A stretch of 64,000 nucleotides of DNA from Bacteroidetes bacterium 37-13 (GCA_001897535.1 MKTC01000031.1:14428-78427), one strand, 5' to 3'. Counted from the first letter of the stretch, positions 39,473 through 49,715 are shown. Notes: generated from the sequence alone by a model not told the origin. Translations and numbers: made by a program.

Positions 39473-40278
39473 TTACCATAAATGCCGATACAAAAATTGC
39501 TGCCATTCTTAAAGCTCATCCCGATGCTTTGGAAGCAATCGTAAGTATTTCACCAAGATTTACTAAACTGCGCAATCCGCTGCTGCGAAAGCTTATGGCT
39601 TCGCGAACTTCTATAAGTATGGCAAGTAAAGTTGGCGGTTGTTCTGTAAACGACTTTTTTAAAAAATTAAAACCACTTGGCTTTAAAATTGATAATTCGG
39701 TGGGCGGAAATGATGTACAAGATAATGTAGAAATACCTGAGTTTATGAAGCAACTTACGCCTGAAAATACAATTGAGTTAGACGTGCGCTCGGTATTAGA
39801 TGAAGGCAAAGATCCATTAAGTTTAATATTGAAAAAAACAAAAGAAATACAGCCGCTTCAAACACTAAAACTCATCAATAGTTTTGAACCTACACCGCTT
39901 ATTGAAATGCTTGGAAAGCGCGGCTATAAAACCTATTCTGAAATTGCGGGAACAGAATTGGTTTATACATATTTTCTAAAACCTGAAAGAGCAGATGATA
40001 GTGATGGGGAAAATGTACAAACCGATGGAAATTGGGAAGAAATTTACAAACGGTTTGAAGGAAAACTAAAAGAGATAGATGTACGCCATTTAGAAATGCC
40101 TTTGCCGATGCTCACCATTTTAGAAGAAGTGGATAATTTACCAAGCGACATGGCACTTTATGTTCATCACAAGCGTATTCCTGTTTTTTTATTGCCGGAA
40201 CTTAAAGAACGCAAGCTAGATTTTCGTATTAAAGAAATAAGCGAAGGAGAAGTTTTTCTACTTATTTTTAAAGCATAG
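39469..40278 (+). CDS. DUF1858 plus DUF2249-type two/three-domain protein
   Basis: The N-terminus KIAAILKAHPDALEAIVSISPRFTKLRNPLLRKLMA is DUF1858-like. Two LDVR/IDVR...P(L/M)P modules follow (DUF2249-like). ATGA overlap with the cupin gene. Confidence 0.7.
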   Translation: MITINADTKIAAILKAHPDALEAIVSISPRFTKLRNPLLRKLMASRTSISMASKVGGCSVNDFFKKLKPLGFKIDNSVGGNDVQDNVEIPEFMKQLTPENTIELDVRSVLDEGKDPLSLILKKTKEIQPLQTLKLINSFEPTPLIEMLGKRGYKTYSEIAGTELVYTYFLKPERADDSDGENVQTDGNWEEIYKRFEGKLKEIDVRHLEMPLPMLTILEEVDNLPSDMALYVHHKRIPVFLLPELKERKLDFRIKEISEGEVFLLIFKA

Positions 40279-40281
40279 AGC

Positions 40282-41574
40282 ATGATTGGTTCACCATTTA
40301 ATACAGCTTTAATAAAAACCACATCGCACAAAGTTGTAATCCCGTTTTATGTTTATGCTGCCTTTTCTTTTCTTGTAGCTACACTGTTGTTACTTACGTC
40401 TTCGGGCAATTTTGCCGGACATTATTTTCACCCACATATTTTGGCAATTACACACACTATGGCTTTAGGCTGGGGTTGTATGGTAGTTTTTGGAGCCAGC
40501 CACCAGCTTGTTCCTGTTTTAATAGAGGGGAAACTGCATAGTGAAAAATTAGCTTATGCTACTTTTTATTTGGCTGCGGTGGGAATACCAATTTTAGTGG
40601 CAGGATTCTATGTATTTGATATGGGAATATTGGCAAAAGTTGGTGGTAGTTTAGTGGTTGCTTCTGTACTTACATATCTGGCTAATATTTTTTTTAGTAT
40701 TACTGAAAGTAAAAAGAAAAACCCACACGCTACATTTATTTTCTATGCTGTTTTTTGGTTGTTACTTACTGTTTTGCTTGGGCTTGCTTTAGTGTTTAAT
40801 TTCACTCAATCTGTTTTTCCAAACAACTCATTGCACTACTTGCCGTTGCATGCACATTTAGGAATTGTGGGCTGGTTTTTGCTGTTGGTTTTTGGCGTTG
40901 GCTCGCGCTTAATTCCAATGTTTTTAATTTCAAAATATACCAATCCGAAGCTACTATATTTTATATGTTATTTAATTAACGCAGCATTAGTATTTTACTT
41001 TACCTCATTTTTCTTTTTTGATGCAACCTTTTATGTTTTTATTCCAATAGCCGGCATTTTATTATCGGTAGTTTTATTTCTTTATTACTGTTATCATGCT
41101 TACAAAAAGCGGTTGCGAAGAGCTGTTGATGAACAAGTGAAAATCTCTATTTTATCAATAGTATTATTATTGATTCCAATTGTAACTTTAGCTACTGTAT
41201 CTGCAACTTTAATTTTGGGATATGGAGAAAATACAAGTCTTATTTTGGCTTATGGATTTTTGATTTTTTTTGGGTGGCTCACTGCAATTATTCTGGGAAT
41301 GACTTTTAAAACACTCACATTTATTTCGTGGAATAAAGTTTACAGACATCGCTCTTCAATAGGCAAAACTCTCAGCCCGAGAGATTTATTTAATCACACT
41401 GTTTTTAATGCTATGAGTTTAACCTACTTAGTTAGTCTTTTGCTTTTCACCGCAGGAATAATTTTGATATTGCCGATGCTTTTAAAAGTAGGAGCCGCAC
41501 TAATGCTGCTTACCGCTGTTCTATATGTTTTTAATGTATTTAAAGTAATAAATCACAAAGCACTTGTATTATGA
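40282..41574 (+). CDS. 12-TM His-rich membrane protein (heme-copper oxidase subunit I-like / NnrS-like; assignment tentative)
   Basis: 430 aa and about 12 hydrophobic helices. Conserved-looking His clusters are HYFHPHILAITHTMALGW, GASHQLVPV and LPLHAHLGIVGW (an HxH as in oxidase helix X). Confidence 0.6.
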   Translation: MIGSPFNTALIKTTSHKVVIPFYVYAAFSFLVATLLLLTSSGNFAGHYFHPHILAITHTMALGWGCMVVFGASHQLVPVLIEGKLHSEKLAYATFYLAAVGIPILVAGFYVFDMGILAKVGGSLVVASVLTYLANIFFSITESKKKNPHATFIFYAVFWLLLTVLLGLALVFNFTQSVFPNNSLHYLPLHAHLGIVGWFLLLVFGVGSRLIPMFLISKYTNPKLLYFICYLINAALVFYFTSFFFFDATFYVFIPIAGILLSVVLFLYYCYHAYKKRLRRAVDEQVKISILSIVLLLIPIVTLATVSATLILGYGENTSLILAYGFLIFFGWLTAIILGMTFKTLTFISWNKVYRHRSSIGKTLSPRDLFNHTVFNAMSLTYLVSLLLFTAGIILILPMLLKVGAALMLLTAVLYVFNVFKVINHKALVL

Positions 41575-41894
41575 ATGTAACAACCAACAACGATGCAAAA
41601 TGCACTACTGCACTTGCAGGCTTAAAGTTTGTAGATGACCCTGAAGTGGGTTTAAATGTAGTGGACTTAGGTTTAATTTATGAGTTAGATTTTCAAGAAG
41701 ATGAAAAAAAGATAGTTTGCACTATGACACTTACTTCAGAATTTTGCCCGATGGGCGAAACTATTACCAGCGATGTAACGCACGCATTGCAAAACGATTT
41801 TCCGGAATACTCAATAGAGATAAATTTGATTTTTCAACCACCTTGGGGCTACGAAAATATTTCGGAAGAGGGCCACGAATTTTTAGGATATTAA
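41571..41894 (+). CDS. DUF59 (SufT/PaaD-like) Fe-S cluster assembly domain protein
   Basis: VDDPEVGLNVVDLGLIYEL...TLTSEFCPMGETI is the DUF59 signature. 4-nt overlap with the upstream gene. Confidence 0.85.
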   Translation: MNVTTNNDAKCTTALAGLKFVDDPEVGLNVVDLGLIYELDFQEDEKKIVCTMTLTSEFCPMGETITSDVTHALQNDFPEYSIEINLIFQPPWGYENISEEGHEFLGY

Positions 41895-41897
41895 ACT

Positions 41898-42329
41898 ATG
41901 CTGAGTTTAACTTGTAAAGCCTCTATTAAGGCTGTAATTTATATTGGGTCGAAATTCGCTTCTAGCGAAAAATCAAGCATTAAACAAGTAGCTGAGTATA
42001 TTAATGAAAATGAACACACAGTTGGGAAATTGTTACAGAAATTAGTGAAGGAAGAAATTATCAATAGTATTAAAGGTCCCAATGGCGGTTTCTTTGTTAC
42101 TAAAGAGCAGCTGGGTTTGCCTGTAATTAGCATAGTGGAGGTTATAGATGGAAAAGATGTTTTTGAGCAATGCGGATTAGGATTAAGCAAGTGTAGCGAA
42201 ACGCATCCATGCCCGTTTCACAACGATTTTAAACCTGTGCGCGATATGTTTAAAAAGATGTGTGCAGAAAAGCGAATTGGTGATTTATGTGAAAATGTAA
42301 ACAGCGGATTTGCTTATCTTGTTGGGTAG
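41898..42329 (+). CDS. Rrf2 family transcriptional regulator (NsrR/IscR-like, three-Cys cluster ligands)
   Basis: N-terminal winged HTH (SIKQVAEYINENEHTVGKLLQKL) and a C-x7-C-x5-C motif (QCGLGLSKCSETHPCPFH). Confidence 0.88.
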   Translation: MLSLTCKASIKAVIYIGSKFASSEKSSIKQVAEYINENEHTVGKLLQKLVKEEIINSIKGPNGGFFVTKEQLGLPVISIVEVIDGKDVFEQCGLGLSKCSETHPCPFHNDFKPVRDMFKKMCAEKRIGDLCENVNSGFAYLVG

Positions 42330-42374
42330 TGTTTTTTTTAGTATTACTATTATTAGCACTATTACCAAGAAGCC

Positions 42375-43055
42375 ATGCAGTCAAAAAACAACAAGCAATC
42401 TCAAACTTTAAGCATTACAAACGAGCAACTTTTACAGCGTATCCTTAACGGAGAAAAAGAACTGTTTGAGTTGTTGATGGAGCGTAACAATCAACAGCTT
42501 TATAGGGTAATTAGAAGCTATGTAAAAGAGGAAGAAAGTGCACACGATGTAATGCAGAATACTTACATTAAAGCATACACCCATTTGGCACAATTTCACC
42601 AAGATGCTTCTTTTACAACTTGGCTTATTCGTATTGGTATAAACGAAGCATTACACTATATAAAATCTTCAAAGAAAAATATTAACTCCGTTTCGGTAGA
42701 AACAGATGAGGCTGAAAATAAGTTACCGGAAGTTGAAATTGAAACTACAACACCCGAGAAAACGACAATTCAACATGAAACATTTGCTTTTATTGAACAT
42801 GCAATCAATAATTTACCTGAAAAATATAGAGCAGTTTTTATGCTTCGCGAAATTGAAGGTTTAAGTAGCGAGGAAACTGCAGCATGTTTAGAGCTTACAG
42901 AAAGCAATGTAAAGGTGCGATTGTTTAGAGCCAAGAATTTATTGAGAGCAGAATTGCACAATTTAACCTCTGAGTTTATGGTATATCCATTAGCCGAACA
43001 TCATTGCAGAAACGTAAGAAGTGTAGTGATGGATAAAATTTCTATGGTAAAATAG
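42375..43055 (+). CDS. ECF-type RNA polymerase sigma-70 family factor
   Basis: Region 2 (DVMQNTYIKAY...FTTWLIRIGINEA) and region 4 (YRAVFMLREIEGLSSEETAACLELTESNVKVRLFRAK). Confidence 0.9.
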   Translation: MQSKNNKQSQTLSITNEQLLQRILNGEKELFELLMERNNQQLYRVIRSYVKEEESAHDVMQNTYIKAYTHLAQFHQDASFTTWLIRIGINEALHYIKSSKKNINSVSVETDEAENKLPEVEIETTTPEKTTIQHETFAFIEHAINNLPEKYRAVFMLREIEGLSSEETAACLELTESNVKVRLFRAKNLLRAELHNLTSEFMVYPLAEHHCRNVRSVVMDKISMVK

Positions 43056-43069
43056 TTCAGCACGAAAAG

Positions 43070-44101
43070 TTAATACTTTTCCAACGAAGAATTTTCCACT
43101 CTTCCTTTGCGAAAAACCTGACGGCCTTTGTTTACGCCTTTGCGTAGTTCGCGTTGCTTTTCTATTGGCAAATGCAGTGTTTCTTTACATTCAGTAGAGC
43201 AGCAGCCTTCAAACTTTTCCTTGCATTTTGGGCATTGGATAAATAGTAAATGGCAACCATCGTTGGCGCAATTGGTGTGTGTGTCGCACAATTCGCCACA
43301 TTGGTGGCAGTGCGCTACTATTTCTTCGCTTATGCGCTCGCCCAAGCGTTCATCGAATACGAAATTTTTACCTTTAAATTTATTTTCTAAACCCTGCGAT
43401 TTTACTTGCCGCGCATATTCAATTATACCACCTTCTAACTGATACACATTTTTAAAACCCTTGTGTTTAAAATAAGCGCTTGCTTTTTCGCAGCGAATAC
43501 CACCGGTGCAGTACAAAAGAATTTGCTTGTCGCGATTCGGTTCTAATATTTCTTCAACTATCGGCAGCGACTGACGAAAAGTATCTACATCGGGCAAAAT
43601 CGCATTTTCAAAATGCCCAACTTCGTGCTCGTAGTGGTTGCGCATATCCACAATTACCGTATCGGGTTGCGATGCCAAAGCATTAAACTCTGCGGCTTTC
43701 AAGTGTATTCCTTTATTGGTAACATCAAATGTAGCATCGTTCAATCCATCGGCTACAATTTTATTGCGCACTTTTATGTCTAATGCAAAAAAAGATTTGC
43801 CATCGTCATCAACAGCAATATTCAGCCTTATGCCATTTAAAAACTCTATGCTATACAAGTAGTTCTTTAGTGCTTCAAAATTTTCTGTAGGTACTGAAAT
43901 TTGCGCATTTATGCCTTCAAAACCTACATAAATTCTACCTAAAACACCTAAGATTTCTAACTGTTTGTAAATTGTATTTCTAAACAAATCAGGATCTGTA
44001 ATTTTAGTGTATTGGTAAAATGAAATAGTAGTACGCACGGTACTGTCGTTCTGTATATTTTCTTTCAGAACTTTTCTGTTGAATTTGTTGTGCAATTGCA
44101 T
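43070..44101 (-). CDS. trhO: rhodanese-related tRNA uridine(34) hydroxylase (UPF0176/YceA family)
   Basis: UPF0176 N-domain, rhodanese active-site loop YCTGGIRCEKA and a Cys-rich C-terminal tail. Confidence 0.88.
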   Translation of the reverse strand: MQLHNKFNRKVLKENIQNDSTVRTTISFYQYTKITDPDLFRNTIYKQLEILGVLGRIYVGFEGINAQISVPTENFEALKNYLYSIEFLNGIRLNIAVDDDGKSFFALDIKVRNKIVADGLNDATFDVTNKGIHLKAAEFNALASQPDTVIVDMRNHYEHEVGHFENAILPDVDTFRQSLPIVEEILEPNRDKQILLYCTGGIRCEKASAYFKHKGFKNVYQLEGGIIEYARQVKSQGLENKFKGKNFVFDERLGERISEEIVAHCHQCGELCDTHTNCANDGCHLLFIQCPKCKEKFEGCCSTECKETLHLPIEKQRELRKGVNKGRQVFRKGRVENSSLEKY

Positions 44102-44125
44102 GTTGCAAACTTTTTATGTGAAGCG

Positions 44126-44133
44126 CAAAGGTA
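44126..44133 (-). promoter_or_regulatory. candidate -7 promoter box (TACCTTTG on minus strand) for trhO
   Basis: The plus strand reads CAAAGGTA. It lies 25-32 nt upstream of the trhO ATG at 44101. Confidence 0.4.
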
Positions 44134-44197
44134 AAAAATTATGCGGCATCAGCAATTTTAGCCTTTACTGTAAACCAAAATTTGATAGTAAAATCAG

Positions 44198-45100
44198 GTG
44201 CTGAAAACAATTCATTCACATAAAGTTTATTATAGGTTTTTGCAAGTGATATTTTTTTATCACGTTTGGAGGGTGAATAAAAGTTTTGCAAAAATTATTG
44301 CCATCAATTTTGCTATTGCCATTGGCATTGTAGGTATTTTACTAATGATTGTTTCTTGGAGTTTAAATTCATATACAAGACATGGGCAGCAAATATCTGT
44401 GCCGGATGTAAAAGGAATGACGCTCGATAAGGCACAAAAAACCTTAGATGCTCTAAACCTTTCGTTGGTGGTGATGGATTCTGCATATAATGTAGAAAAG
44501 CCACTTAACTCTATCTTGGAACAAAACCCGAAGGCAGGAGCAAAAGTGAAAGAAGACCGGAAAATTTATTTAGTGTTGAATGCGAGCAAAGTGCCAAGTG
44601 TGGAAGTGCCAGATTTGGCAGGGAAATCATCTTTGAAGTATGCTAAGTTGCAGTTGCAAAGTGTTGGCTTGGTTGCAGGAAATTCAATTTACAGACCTGA
44701 CCCACACTTAAATGCTGTAATTGGTTTAGAAGTAAATGGCAAACCTGTTGGCAAAGGGAGCAGAGTGCCAAAAGGAACAACCGTAGATATTGTTTTAGGC
44801 GATGGAATTGGTGGTGATGCAATTAATGTGCCTTACGTGTTGGGCTTGAGTTTGCAAGAAGCTATTTTTAGCTTAAAAGGAAAAGGATTAAATGTGGGCG
44901 CTGTTATTTTGGCTACCGGAACTACCGATAGCCTTTCTGCAGTGGTTTACAAGCAAGTGCCGGAGAAAGTGGCAGGTAAAAAAATTCGTATTGGCGAGTC
45001 TATTGATTTGTTTGTTGCAAGCCAACTGCCTGAAGGTATTATTATTGATCCAAGTCTTTACAATGATGAAGAAGAGTCTGTAATTGAAGCTGAACCTTAA
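44198..45100 (+). CDS. membrane-anchored PASTA domain protein (start uncertain)
   Basis: One TM helix, then three PASTA-like repeats beginning VPDVKGMTLDKA, VPDLAGKSSLKYA and VPYVLGLSLQEA. The real start may be the GTG near 44273. Confidence 0.8.
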   Translation: MLKTIHSHKVYYRFLQVIFFYHVWRVNKSFAKIIAINFAIAIGIVGILLMIVSWSLNSYTRHGQQISVPDVKGMTLDKAQKTLDALNLSLVVMDSAYNVEKPLNSILEQNPKAGAKVKEDRKIYLVLNASKVPSVEVPDLAGKSSLKYAKLQLQSVGLVAGNSIYRPDPHLNAVIGLEVNGKPVGKGSRVPKGTTVDIVLGDGIGGDAINVPYVLGLSLQEAIFSLKGKGLNVGAVILATGTTDSLSAVVYKQVPEKVAGKKIRIGESIDLFVASQLPEGIIIDPSLYNDEEESVIEAEP

Positions 45101-45114
45101 ATTGAAAGTTTTCA

Positions 45115-45726
45115 TTATTCAAAAAAGTGCTCCTTTTCCTCAACTTGCTCTTCATTACTTTCTGGAGCTGGCAAATCCTTTTTTCTAAAAATAAAGGCAA
45201 TAATTATTCCGCTCACGGCACCCCAAACATGGCTTTGCCAGCTTATTCCTGCCTTAGGAAAAAAACCTGCCGCCATACTGCCATAAAGCAGCGCCACAAG
45301 TATAGAAATGGTGGCAGAAGTTTTGTCTTTGCGCATAATGCCGGAGGCTAATAAAAAAGCTGCAATGCCATAAATAATGCCGCTTATACCAATGTGAAAA
45401 CCATTTGGAAATGTAAATGCCCAAACTAAAAAACCACTTACTAAATGTATGAATATTAAAACGCGAAGCGCAATGGTGGGATATGCATTTAGCAGAATAA
45501 CTAAGAGCGGAAGAATAGCAACTGTGTTAGATAAAAGATGTTCAAAACTGCCATGAATAAAAGGCGCAAAAATTATTCCCTTTAAACCGAAAATATGCTG
45601 CGGTAAAATGCCCCAACTTCCTAAATCTATTTGGGTAAACCATTCATAAAGTTTTACTGCCCAAAGTACGGCTACTAATGCAAATGCAAACAATAGCCTT
45701 CGCCAAAATGCTTTTGAATCTTCCAT
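45115..45726 (-). CDS. rhomboid family intramembrane serine protease
   Basis: Six TM helices with GISGIIYG (the GxSG catalytic Ser) and a downstream His (SHVWGAVSG). ATG 45726 is preferred and forms a TAATG overlap with the lpxB stop. Confidence 0.82.
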   Translation of the reverse strand: MEDSKAFWRRLLFAFALVAVLWAVKLYEWFTQIDLGSWGILPQHIFGLKGIIFAPFIHGSFEHLLSNTVAILPLLVILLNAYPTIALRVLIFIHLVSGFLVWAFTFPNGFHIGISGIIYGIAAFLLASGIMRKDKTSATISILVALLYGSMAAGFFPKAGISWQSHVWGAVSGIIIAFIFRKKDLPAPESNEEQVEEKEHFFE

Positions 45727-46856
45727 TATTTTTTCGCCATTTCTACTACTGCCATTGCTGCATGGTGAGAAGCACCTGTGCCTCCAAGTTTCTGCCATAG
45801 CATTTCATATTCCTTCAATATTAAACTACGAATATCGGGCTGCAAAATTTTATTTAGCTCGCTCACTATTTGTGTTTCGTTTGCTTCATACTGTATAAGT
45901 TCTTTTACCACTTGCTTTTCGCAAACTAAATTCACGATGGAAATAAAAGGTACTTTTACCAACATTCTACCGATAAAGTAGGAGATAAAATTTCCTTTGT
46001 AGCAAACCACTTGTGGCACACGCAGCAACGCAGTTTCTAATGTGGCAGTGCCCGAAGTAACCAATGCTGCATTTGATTTTTTGAGCACTTCGTAAGTAGC
46101 GTCCATCGAAAGTTTACAGTTGCTCCCGCTTAAATATTTTTCGTAGTAAGCCGTGCCGTGAATACTCATGCCGGTAACTATAAATTCATGGTTAGGAAAG
46201 TGCTTGCTTGCGGCTATATATAAAGGCAACATTTTTTCAATTTCTTGCTTGCGGCTTCCGGGTAATAAAGCAATGGTTTTCACTTCCGGTGCGTGTGAAA
46301 TTTTTTCTTCAATTACATCTAAAAGAGGATGCCCCACAAATTGCGCATTCATTTCCCATTTCTTAAAAAAATCTACTTCAAACGGAAGAATAACTAATAG
46401 TTTATCTACATATTTTTTTAGTAGTTCTGTTCTGTTTTCTTTCCACGCCCACACTTGCGGAGCAATGTACCACACTATCTTAAAATTCTTCGATTTTAGG
46501 AATGGAAGCAAGCGGAAATTAAACCCCGGATAATCAATTAAAACCACTACATCAGGCTGCCATTCGGCAATATCTTGTTTGCAGTATTTAATGTTGTTTA
46601 GTATGGTGAATAAATTGCTAAACACTTCCCAAAAACCCATAAATGCCAACTCCTTGATGTGTTTTACAATTTCACCGCCCGAAGCCTGCATTTTATCGCC
46701 ACCCCAAACTCTAAATTGTGCCGCTCTATCTTGCTTTGCAATTGCATTCATCAAGTTACTGCCATGTAAATCGCCAGAGGCTTCTCCTGCAATTATGTAA
46801 TACTTCACGTTTTCTTTTTGTAAGAATAAAGAAGAAAAATTTTCTTCGCTGCACAA
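45726..46856 (-). CDS. lpxB: lipid-A-disaccharide synthase
   Basis: YYIIAGEASGDLHGSNL N-terminus and a GT19 C-terminal half (TSGTATLE). Confidence 0.93.
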   Translation of the reverse strand: MCSEENFSSLFLQKENVKYYIIAGEASGDLHGSNLMNAIAKQDRAAQFRVWGGDKMQASGGEIVKHIKELAFMGFWEVFSNLFTILNNIKYCKQDIAEWQPDVVVLIDYPGFNFRLLPFLKSKNFKIVWYIAPQVWAWKENRTELLKKYVDKLLVILPFEVDFFKKWEMNAQFVGHPLLDVIEEKISHAPEVKTIALLPGSRKQEIEKMLPLYIAASKHFPNHEFIVTGMSIHGTAYYEKYLSGSNCKLSMDATYEVLKKSNAALVTSGTATLETALLRVPQVVCYKGNFISYFIGRMLVKVPFISIVNLVCEKQVVKELIQYEANETQIVSELNKILQPDIRSLILKEYEMLWQKLGGTGASHHAAMAVVEMAKK

Positions 46857-46868
46857 CTTATATTTTTT

Positions 46869-48440
46869 ATGTCAAATTCATTAGTTCTTACGGTAGATTT
46901 AGGCACTTCGGGTCCTAAGGTTTCGGTTTTTAATGAAAAGGTTGAATTGATTGATAGTGAATTTTCGCCTACGAAATTAGTTTATACAAGCGATGGGGGA
47001 GTGGAGCAAGATCCGGCTGATTGGCTCAATGCTATTTTTCGCGCTTACGAAACCATTGCTGCGCGTGGAAAATTTAACCCGAAAGATATTGACATATTTA
47101 ATATTACAGCACAATGGAGCGGTACCGTTGCTTTGGGCGAAAATGGAATGCCACTGATGAATTGCATTATTTGGATGGACGATAGAGGCGCGCCTTATGC
47201 AGGAAAGCTAACCGATGGATTGATAAAAGTTGACGGCTACGATATTTTTAAAATTTTTAAGTGGATTAGCATCACAGGCGGTGCGCCAACCAAATCGGGG
47301 AAAGACAGTATTGCACACATTTTGTTTCTTAAAAACAAGAAGCAAGAGGTGTATGAGAAAGCAAAATATTTTCTTGAACCAAAAGATTATTTGAATTATT
47401 ATTTTACAGGAAGAGTGGCTACATCGGTTGATGGCGCTACATTACACTGGATTACAGATATTCGCGATATCAATAATGTTCGCTATCACGATGGCTTAAT
47501 TAAGCAAACGGGAATTGATAAATCTAAACTTCCTGAGCTGCTTCCTGCAAACTGTATTCTTGGCGAAATGAAGCGCGATATTGCGGATAAAATGGGCTTG
47601 GGTGCAAATGTGAAAGTGGTAAGTGGTTCGCCCGATACACACTCTGCTGCCATTGGTTCCGGTGCGGTAAAAGATTACGAAGCACACGTGTATGTTGGCA
47701 CTTCGGGCTGGTTGCTCACGCACTTGCCTTTTAAAAAAACAGATTTGTTGCACAACATGACCACAATTCCGAGCTCAATTCCGGGAAGATATTTAGTGAT
47801 AAACGAACAAGAATCTTCTGGAAATTGCTTGAACTTTTTAAAGAATAATTTGCTTTATGCGAAAGATGAAATTAGCCAAACTTCTGTACCTACAAATTTT
47901 TATGAGCTATTAGATAAAGAAGTTGAAAAAGTGCCGGCAGGCAGCAATGGCGTAATGTTCACGCCTTGGCTAAATGGTGAGCGCAGCCCAATTGACGACC
48001 ACAAAACACGCGCATCATTTTTAAATCTTGGCTTAAAAAGTACTCGTGGCGATATGGTTCGTGCAGTTTACGAAGGCGTAGCCAACAACAACCGTTGGTT
48101 GATGATGTATGTGGAAAAATTGATGGGCAGGCAAATTGAAGGTTTACGATTTATTGGCGGAGGCGCTAACTCTAATATTTGGTGTCAAATTATGGCAGAT
48201 ACCATGAACCGCGAAATATTGCAAATTGAAGATCCAATTGCTGCAAACTCAAGAGGTGCTGCAATGTTGGCACTTGCGGCAGTTGGCAAAATTGATATTG
48301 ATGATATGGGTAAATATGTGAAGGTGAGAAATTCATTTAAGCCCAATACACAACATCGCCAACTCTATGATGAACGGTTTGAGATTTACAAAACTATTTA
48401 CAATAAACAGAAAAGCATTTTTAATCGCTTGAATGCTTAG
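46869..48440 (+). CDS. FGGY family carbohydrate kinase (xylulokinase-like)
   Basis: LTVDLGTSGPKVSVF phosphate-1 motif and the C-terminal FIGGGANSNIWCQIMAD motif. Confidence 0.88.
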   Translation: MSNSLVLTVDLGTSGPKVSVFNEKVELIDSEFSPTKLVYTSDGGVEQDPADWLNAIFRAYETIAARGKFNPKDIDIFNITAQWSGTVALGENGMPLMNCIIWMDDRGAPYAGKLTDGLIKVDGYDIFKIFKWISITGGAPTKSGKDSIAHILFLKNKKQEVYEKAKYFLEPKDYLNYYFTGRVATSVDGATLHWITDIRDINNVRYHDGLIKQTGIDKSKLPELLPANCILGEMKRDIADKMGLGANVKVVSGSPDTHSAAIGSGAVKDYEAHVYVGTSGWLLTHLPFKKTDLLHNMTTIPSSIPGRYLVINEQESSGNCLNFLKNNLLYAKDEISQTSVPTNFYELLDKEVEKVPAGSNGVMFTPWLNGERSPIDDHKTRASFLNLGLKSTRGDMVRAVYEGVANNNRWLMMYVEKLMGRQIEGLRFIGGGANSNIWCQIMADTMNREILQIEDPIAANSRGAAMLALAAVGKIDIDDMGKYVKVRNSFKPNTQHRQLYDERFEIYKTIYNKQKSIFNRLNA

Positions 48441-48446
48441 CTTGGT

Positions 48447-49715
48447 TTAAAACTCCCAACCAATATCTTTTCTGTGATACATACCTTCAAATTTTATATT
48501 TTGAATGGTAGAAAGCGAGGTGTGGACAGCCTCTTTTAAATTATTTCCTAAAGAAGTTACGGCTAAAACCCTTCCGCCATTTGTAACTAATTCTTGTGCA
48601 TTTTCTTTTGTTCCTGCATGGAAAATAATTGAGCTGCTCTCTTGTGGCAAATCAATTTTTTTACCTTTGGAATATTCGCCAGGGTAACCACCGGAAGCCA
48701 TAATTACGGTTGCAGCAGAACGCTCGTCTATTTCAATATTTTCTTGATGTAAATTATTGGTAGCAACTGCTTGTAGTAACGAAACCAAATCTGTTTTTAA
48801 ACGAGGGAAAACAACTTCGGTTTCGGGATCGCCCATGCGGCAATTATATTCAATTACAAACGGCTCGTTGTTCACTAAAATTAAACCAAAATACACAAAA
48901 CCTTTGTAAACAATATTTTCGGTTTTTAAACCTTCAATAGTTGGTTTTATGATGGTTTTATCAACTTTTTGTAAAAGATTTTCATCAACAAAATGCACGG
49001 GAGAAACAGCTCCCATTCCTCCGGTATTTAACCCTGTATCGCCTTCGCCAATGCGCTTGTAATCCTTTGCTTCGGGTAAAATTTTATAGTTGCTGCCATC
49101 TGTAAGAACAAAAACAGAAAATTCAATTCCAGATAAAAACTGTTCTACTACCACTTTTGCACTTGCCGCACCAAACCGCGCATTCGCAATCATATCGCGC
49201 AATTCAGCTTGTGCTTCTTCTACCGTTTGAGAAATTATCACACCTTTCCCTGCTGCCAAGCCATCAGCTTTTAAAACTATTGGCGGCTGCTGTGTAGCTA
49301 AATACTGTATGCCTTCTTCTAGATTGCTTGCATTAAATTCGCGATAAGCCGCAGTTGGAATATGGTGGCGCATCATAAATTCTTTTGCGAAAGATTTGCT
49401 TCCTTCTAACTGTGCGGCAACTTTTGATGGGCCTATAACAGAGATTTTTCCATCTTGATATTTGTGCGTAAAATAGTCATAAACGCCATTCACCAAAGGT
49501 TCTTCGGGCCCAACCACAATAAGTGAAATTGTATTTTCTAAACAAAATTTTTCTTGTGCTTCAAAATCGTTGATGCCAATATTTACGTTGGTGCCGCAAG
49601 CAGCCGTGCCTGGATTTCCAGGAGCAATAAATAATTTCTCGCACAATGTGCTTTGAGCAATTTTCCATGCAAAAGCATGTTCACGTCCACCCGAACCTAA
49701 AAGCAAAATATTCAT
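48447..49715 (-). CDS. purD: phosphoribosylamine--glycine ligase
   Basis: MNILLLGSGGREHAFAWK, ATP-grasp core and the C-terminal GGRVLAVT motif. Confidence 0.97.
   Translation of the reverse strand: MNILLLGSGGREHAFAWKIAQSTLCEKLFIAPGNPGTAACGTNVNIGINDFEAQEKFCLENTISLIVVGPEEPLVNGVYDYFTHKYQDGKISVIGPSKVAAQLEGSKSFAKEFMMRHHIPTAAYREFNASNLEEGIQYLATQQPPIVLKADGLAAGKGVIISQTVEEAQAELRDMIANARFGAASAKVVVEQFLSGIEFSVFVLTDGSNYKILPEAKDYKRIGEGDTGLNTGGMGAVSPVHFVDENLLQKVDKTIIKPTIEGLKTENIVYKGFVYFGLILVNNEPFVIEYNCRMGDPETEVVFPRLKTDLVSLLQAVATNNLHQENIEIDERSAATVIMASGGYPGEYSKGKKIDLPQESSSIIFHAGTKENAQELVTNGGRVLAVTSLGNNLKEAVHTSLSTIQNIKFEGMYHRKDIGWEF

Noticed and set aside
42950-43055. ~30-aa C-terminal tail of the ECF sigma factor containing HHC, considered as a fused anti-sigma (ZAS) remnant; no anti-sigma gene is adjacent
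   Set aside because: It has only one Cys and no HxxxCxxC motif. The tail is too short to be a domain, and the lack of an adjacent anti-sigma factor is not unusual.
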